DNA from: Candidatus Kuenenia stuttgartensis
GTDB taxonomy: Bacteria > Planctomycetota > Brocadiia > Brocadiales > Brocadiaceae
DNA: 32,000 nt
Assembly (NCBI RefSeq): GCF_900232105.1
Contig: NZ_LT934425.1
Span: forward strand, 2,820,001-2,852,000
Direction of reading: 5' to 3'
Shown: positions 28,413-32,000 of the stretch, piece after piece
Numbering within the stretch: the stretch's first letter is position 1
Layout of the letters: every line of letters starts with the position of its first letter
The notes under the pieces: model-generated
Told to the model about the DNA's origin: nothing
The model's database searches: none
The model's input: the letters and a program-made list of their open reading frames with translations, nothing else
Position numbers and translations under genes: made by a program

Positions 28413-28800
28413 GGCTTTATCCTCCTATAGAGTGATTAGCGGGATAATTAACATAAAAATACCATGATGAATAAAATTTGTCAATAAAACAAGTTAGCGC
28501 TTATGGGGAGTTGCCCCCATTTTTGAGACAACAAAGTTCATTTGACCCAGTCTGAGAGCGTAGAAATTAGAAGAAAAACTTATGGCTATTCATGTTATAA
28601 ACCTCCCAGATTTCCTCCGTAGACAATTCCACCCCCTTAATCCCCCGCCAACGGGGGACAGGCTTGCCACACACCCTTGCAGCTTTCATGCCCTTGTGGG
28701 GTTGATCTGGGTGTATTCCCGGTTCTGCCATGTTTTAATGAAACATACAGTAGTATTAACCCCTGGCAGCGTTGTTTTGCCCCAATCACACAAAAGGTTA

Positions 28801-28828
28801 CAAAAAATCGGGAATGCTCCTCTTTCAA
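28801..28828 (+). repeat. Short direct repeat, copy 2
   Basis: See 26877-26903. Confidence 0.75.
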
Positions 28829-28943
28829 AATTTTGATTCATCTTTCAATTGCAACCATCAGTATGCTTTTGTCCCGCATGGTTTTAAATTCCTGCTTTGC
28901 CCTGCTATGATAACATCATTAATTTTTTATTGACATATAACAC

Positions 28944-28972
28944 TGTTTTTTAAATAATGTGTTAATTGTTTA
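28944..28972 (+). promoter_or_regulatory. Candidate sigma70-type promoter for the fur/perR-like gene
   Basis: TTGACA-N17-AATAAT upstream of the ORF at 29023. Confidence 0.4.
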
Positions 28973-29022
28973 ATAATTATTTTTTATTAGGACTGTTTTT
29001 TTATTAGGATTTACTATTTGTC

Positions 29023-29454
29023 ATGCAAACGGTAGAAAAACTTACGGACACATTAAAGAATAACAGGCTTAAAATTACACCGCAAAGATTGATGATTTTC
29101 AAAGTATTGGAGAATAACACCTCTCATCCCTCTGCCGAGGAGATTTACAAAAAAGTCAAAAAGGTGTATCCGTCCGTATCTTTTACCACAATTTACAAAA
29201 CCCTGGAAACGCTAAGGGATCTTGGTGAAATAAAGGAACTCACCATTGATAAAGACCGCAAGCATTATGATCCTGATATTAGTGTTCACCATCATTTTAT
29301 TTGTTCTGATTGCAGGGAGATATATGACATTCACGAAGCTTTTACCGCCAATATAAAACTTGATGATTCATTAAGAAAAGATTTCTCTGTTTCCGGCTTT
29401 CAGATATCTTTCTTCGGCGTTTGCAGTAAATGCAGCAATAGCGACCGTTTTTGA
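29023..29454 (+). CDS. Fur-family transcriptional regulator (PerR-like)
   Basis: NNRLKITPQRLMIFKVLENNTSHPSAEEIYKKVKK, SFTTIYKTLETLRDLGEIKEL, HHHFICSDC and CSKC metal-binding Cys pairs. Confidence 0.93.
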   Translation: MQTVEKLTDTLKNNRLKITPQRLMIFKVLENNTSHPSAEEIYKKVKKVYPSVSFTTIYKTLETLRDLGEIKELTIDKDRKHYDPDISVHHHFICSDCREIYDIHEAFTANIKLDDSLRKDFSVSGFQISFFGVCSKCSNSDRF

Positions 29455-29644
29455 AGCAATTCATCTCTCCGGTAACTTCCCTGAAATTATGAACAGGCAT
29501 TTCAATATTTTTGTAGAGACGCATTGCATGCGTCGCTACATTAACATCAATAACAGAATAAAGTTGCTGTCAAACCCACCCAAATTCATTTTTTTGCTCA
29601 TTTCGCACGGTTGAATGGTGTTCTCTCCGTTCCATTTTATACAT

Positions 29645-30385
29645 CTACCGCCAGGATTGCCTTTCTCTTTCCTCACTGAATGTTTCGCTGGCGCGTATAA
29701 ATTCACAAAAGAGTGCTTTTTTGTGTGAGGAACTATTGCACAGACGCTCCGGATGCCATTGCACCCCCAACAAAAACGGATGGTCTCTGCCTTCAATGGC
29801 TTCAATGATTCCGTCAGGTGCACGGGCAGAAACAATTAAACCGCTGCCCGTTTTTTTTATAGCCTGATGATGTGCGCTGTTCACCTCAATGTGTTCTTCT
29901 CCCACAACCTTATGGAGCAAGGTATTTTTTTTTATGGTGACAGTATGTGTCTGTTTTTTACCGGTTAGCCTATGATTACAACATTTGGTGTTCTGGCTGG
30001 GAATATCCTGAATAAGGGCGCCCCCGCAAACAACATTTATCAACTGAATGCCATAGCATATAGCAAAAACGGGGATCTTTAATTGAAGGGCATGATGTAA
30101 AAGGGCAATATCTGAAACTTCTTTGTCAGGATGGATGCATGTCGTGTTTTTATGCCTTGTTTCACCGTACAATTCAGGGGAAATATCATCCCCGCCGGTA
30201 AGAAGAAGTCCGTGCATTTTTTCTAAAAGAGAAACAACCTCCTCTTTTTCTCTCGGCACAGGCAATAAAACAGGTATGCCTCCCCCCATGATTATCGCAT
30301 CGCAATACTCTCTGTATACAAAAGAATGAGGCCGGGTTTTTTCCCAGCGATAATCACAATTTACCGCAATGATTGGCTTCATAAC
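29645..30385 (-). CDS. Class-I glutamine amidotransferase, gamma-glutamyl-GABA hydrolase (PuuD)-like
   Basis: MKPIIAVNCDY, GLLLTGGDDISPELYGE, IPVFAICYGIQLINVVCGGALIQDI (nucleophile elbow), FLLGVQWHPE. Confidence 0.9.
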   Translation of the reverse strand, partial: VMKPIIAVNCDYRWEKTRPHSFVYREYCDAIIMGGGIPVLLPVPREKEEVVSLLEKMHGLLLTGGDDISPELYGETRHKNTTCIHPDKEVSDIALLHHALQLKIPVFAICYGIQLINVVCGGALIQDIPSQNTKCCNHRLTGKKQTHTVTIKKNTLLHKVVGEEHIEVNSAHHQAIKKTGSGLIVSARAPDGIIEAIEGRDHPFLLGVQWHPERLCNSSSHKKALFCEFIRASETFSEERERQSWR

Positions 30386-30597
30386 CTTAAGCAACTATCG
30401 TAAAGGTTTTGACGAAACAGCAAGGCTCGTTTTTATAGTAATGGGATTAAGGAGAGGGGCATTATAGGCGGGAAACATACGTTGGATGATACAGCGGGAA
30501 TATTCCTGAAGTGGTTGGAGTATTAATAATGATGGCCGAAATACATTAAACGAAATAAGTTTTCTTTTTTCGCGTACGTTTGTCTCTTATTCATTTT

Positions 30598-31947
30598 TTA
30601 CAATATATACCGGCTAAGATCTTCGTCTTTGACAATTGCCTGCAATTTATCATTAACATACTTATCGTCAATAATCACTTCCTTACCCCCTTCCATATCA
30701 GGTGCATCAAAGGAGGCGTCCTCCAGCAGTTTTTCCAAAACAGTATGCAGCCTCCTTGCTCCAATGTTCTGAGTACGTTTATTTACCTGCACGGCAATTT
30801 CCGTAATAGTTTCAATGGCTTCCTTTTTAAAATGAACCTTTATCCCTTCTGTCTCAAGAAGTGATTTATATTGTTTGAGTAACGCATTTTTTGGCTCTGT
30901 TAAAATACGTAAAAACTCTTCCTTCCCCAAATCTTCCAGTTCAACACGAATAGGGAATCTCCCCTGCAGCTCAGGAATTAAATCCGAAGGTTTTGAGACA
31001 TGAAACGCTCCTGCTGCAACAAAAAGAATACGGTCTGTTTTGACAATTCCGTATCGGGTATTAACGGTGGTGCCCTCTACAATCGGCAAGAGGTCTCTTT
31101 GCACCCCTTCGCGGGACACATCAGGGCCTCTGCTTGTTTCGCGCCCCGCAATTTTATCAATTTCATCAAGGAAAATAATCCCAAACTGTTCTGTCCTGCG
31201 AATCGCCTCCTGTATTGCCTTTTCCTTATCAATAAGTTTTTCCGCTTCTTCCTGTATTAAAATCCTCTTTGCCTCGGCAACCGGCGCCTTTCTGACCTGT
31301 GCCCGCGGCGGGATCATTTTTTCCATCATGTTCTGAAAATCTATCCCCATATCTTCCACACCGGCGACAAATCCCTGCAACACATATGACTTTTCATGTA
31401 CGGTAAGCTCCACCGTGCGGTTAGCAAGAGCGCCATCCCGCAATTTTTTCCTGAGTTTTTCCCTTGTTTTTATCCGCTGGTCTTCTTTTGCCACCTCTTT
31501 TTCCTTATCCATTTTCTCAGAATTCTTTGGAGTCGGCGGCAATAGCAGGTCAAGAAGGCGTTCTTCCGCCAACTCTTCTGCTTTGCCCTGAACATCTTTC
31601 ACCATCTCTGCCTTTACCATATTAACGCCAATTTCGGTAATATCGCGTATCATAGATTCAACATCACGTCCGTGATATCCAACCTCTGTGTACTTGGATG
31701 CTTCGATTTTAAGAAAGGGCGCCTTTACCATAGATGCCATGCGGCGTGCTATTTCAGTCTTTCCCACGCCGGTAGGCCCTATCATTATTATGTTTTTTGG
31801 TAAAATTTCTTCACGTAATTCCTCAGAAAGCTGATGCCTGCGCCAGCGGTTTCGTATCGCAATCGCCACGGCGCGCTTGGCGCTTTTCTGCCCAATAACA
31901 TATTTATCAAGCTCCTCAACAATCTTTCGAGGCGTCAATTCCTCCAC
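30598..31947 (-). CDS. hslU: ATP-dependent protease ATPase subunit HslU
   Basis: [53 protein letters not shown] (Walker A), [11 protein letters not shown] (Walker B), C-terminal [12 protein letters not shown] start at 31947 with GGAGG 10 nt upstream; ORF is open to 31992. Confidence 0.97.
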   Translation of the reverse strand: MEELTPRKIVEELDKYVIGQKSAKRAVAIAIRNRWRRHQLSEELREEILPKNIIMIGPTGVGKTEIARRMASMVKAPFLKIEASKYTEVGYHGRDVESMIRDITEIGVNMVKAEMVKDVQGKAEELAEERLLDLLLPPTPKNSEKMDKEKEVAKEDQRIKTREKLRKKLRDGALANRTVELTVHEKSYVLQGFVAGVEDMGIDFQNMMEKMIPPRAQVRKAPVAEAKRILIQEEAEKLIDKEKAIQEAIRRTEQFGIIFLDEIDKIAGRETSRGPDVSREGVQRDLLPIVEGTTVNTRYGIVKTDRILFVAAGAFHVSKPSDLIPELQGRFPIRVELEDLGKEEFLRILTEPKNALLKQYKSLLETEGIKVHFKKEAIETITEIAVQVNKRTQNIGARRLHTVLEKLLEDASFDAPDMEGGKEVIIDDKYVNDKLQAIVKDEDLSRYIL

Positions 31948-32000
31948 TTCTATACTTCCTCCACTTTGATATTTTTGTTGGTATAGACACAAATATCCGC

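Larger units (their letters stand above)
27123..28504 (-). mobile_element. IS4-family (IS231-like) insertion sequence, 1382 bp
   Basis: 20 bp perfect TIR ATAAGCGCTAACTTGTTTTA at both ends; flanked by direct GGGGAGTTGCCCC (27110-27122 and 28505-28517), an 11-13 bp target duplication of form GGG-N5-CCC. Confidence 0.93.

Noticed and set aside
28582-28910. ORFs between the IS and the fur-like gene (28582-28836, 28677-28910)
   Set aside because: Sequence is dominated by repeat-like GC hairpins and recurring motifs, with no coding signature.
28977-28992. PerR/Fur box (TTTAATAATTATTTTTTATTA) for autoregulation
   Set aside because: Only a short AT palindrome (AATAATTATT) is present; in such AT-rich DNA this is not distinguishable from chance.

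Overview
This window appears to come from an anammox-type planctomycete (Kuenenia/Brocadia-like; inferred from gene content only). Most genes are housekeeping or nitrogen-related: a partial clpB (left edge), dapB, a rhomboid protease, a LptF/LptG-type permease with an unusual coiled-coil insertion, a hot-dog/MaoC-like protein, a SprT-like + DUF2786 protein, guaA, a DASS transporter pseudogene, an orphan Cache-type sensor, a sugar-phosphate isomerase-like protein, a fur/perR-like regulator, a class-I amidotransferase (PuuD-like) and hslU. The two least ordinary loci are (1) a minus-strand cassette of two paralogous, divergent Ser/Thr-kinase-like proteins around a calcineurin-type metallophosphoesterase, and (2) an ammonium cluster amt-glnK-amt-glnK-amt. 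The accessory DNA is also informative. A 275 bp MITE-like element has perfect 25 bp GTAA... terminal repeats and an 8 bp target duplication (IS66-like hallmarks). It has a 162 bp relative upstream of the LptF/G gene and at least one solo-terminus relic. An IS4-family (IS231-like) element lies in a GGG-N5-CCC target, and its transposase C-terminus is in a shifted frame. Several short dispersed intergenic repeat families are also present. I see no CRISPR array, rRNA or confident tRNA.
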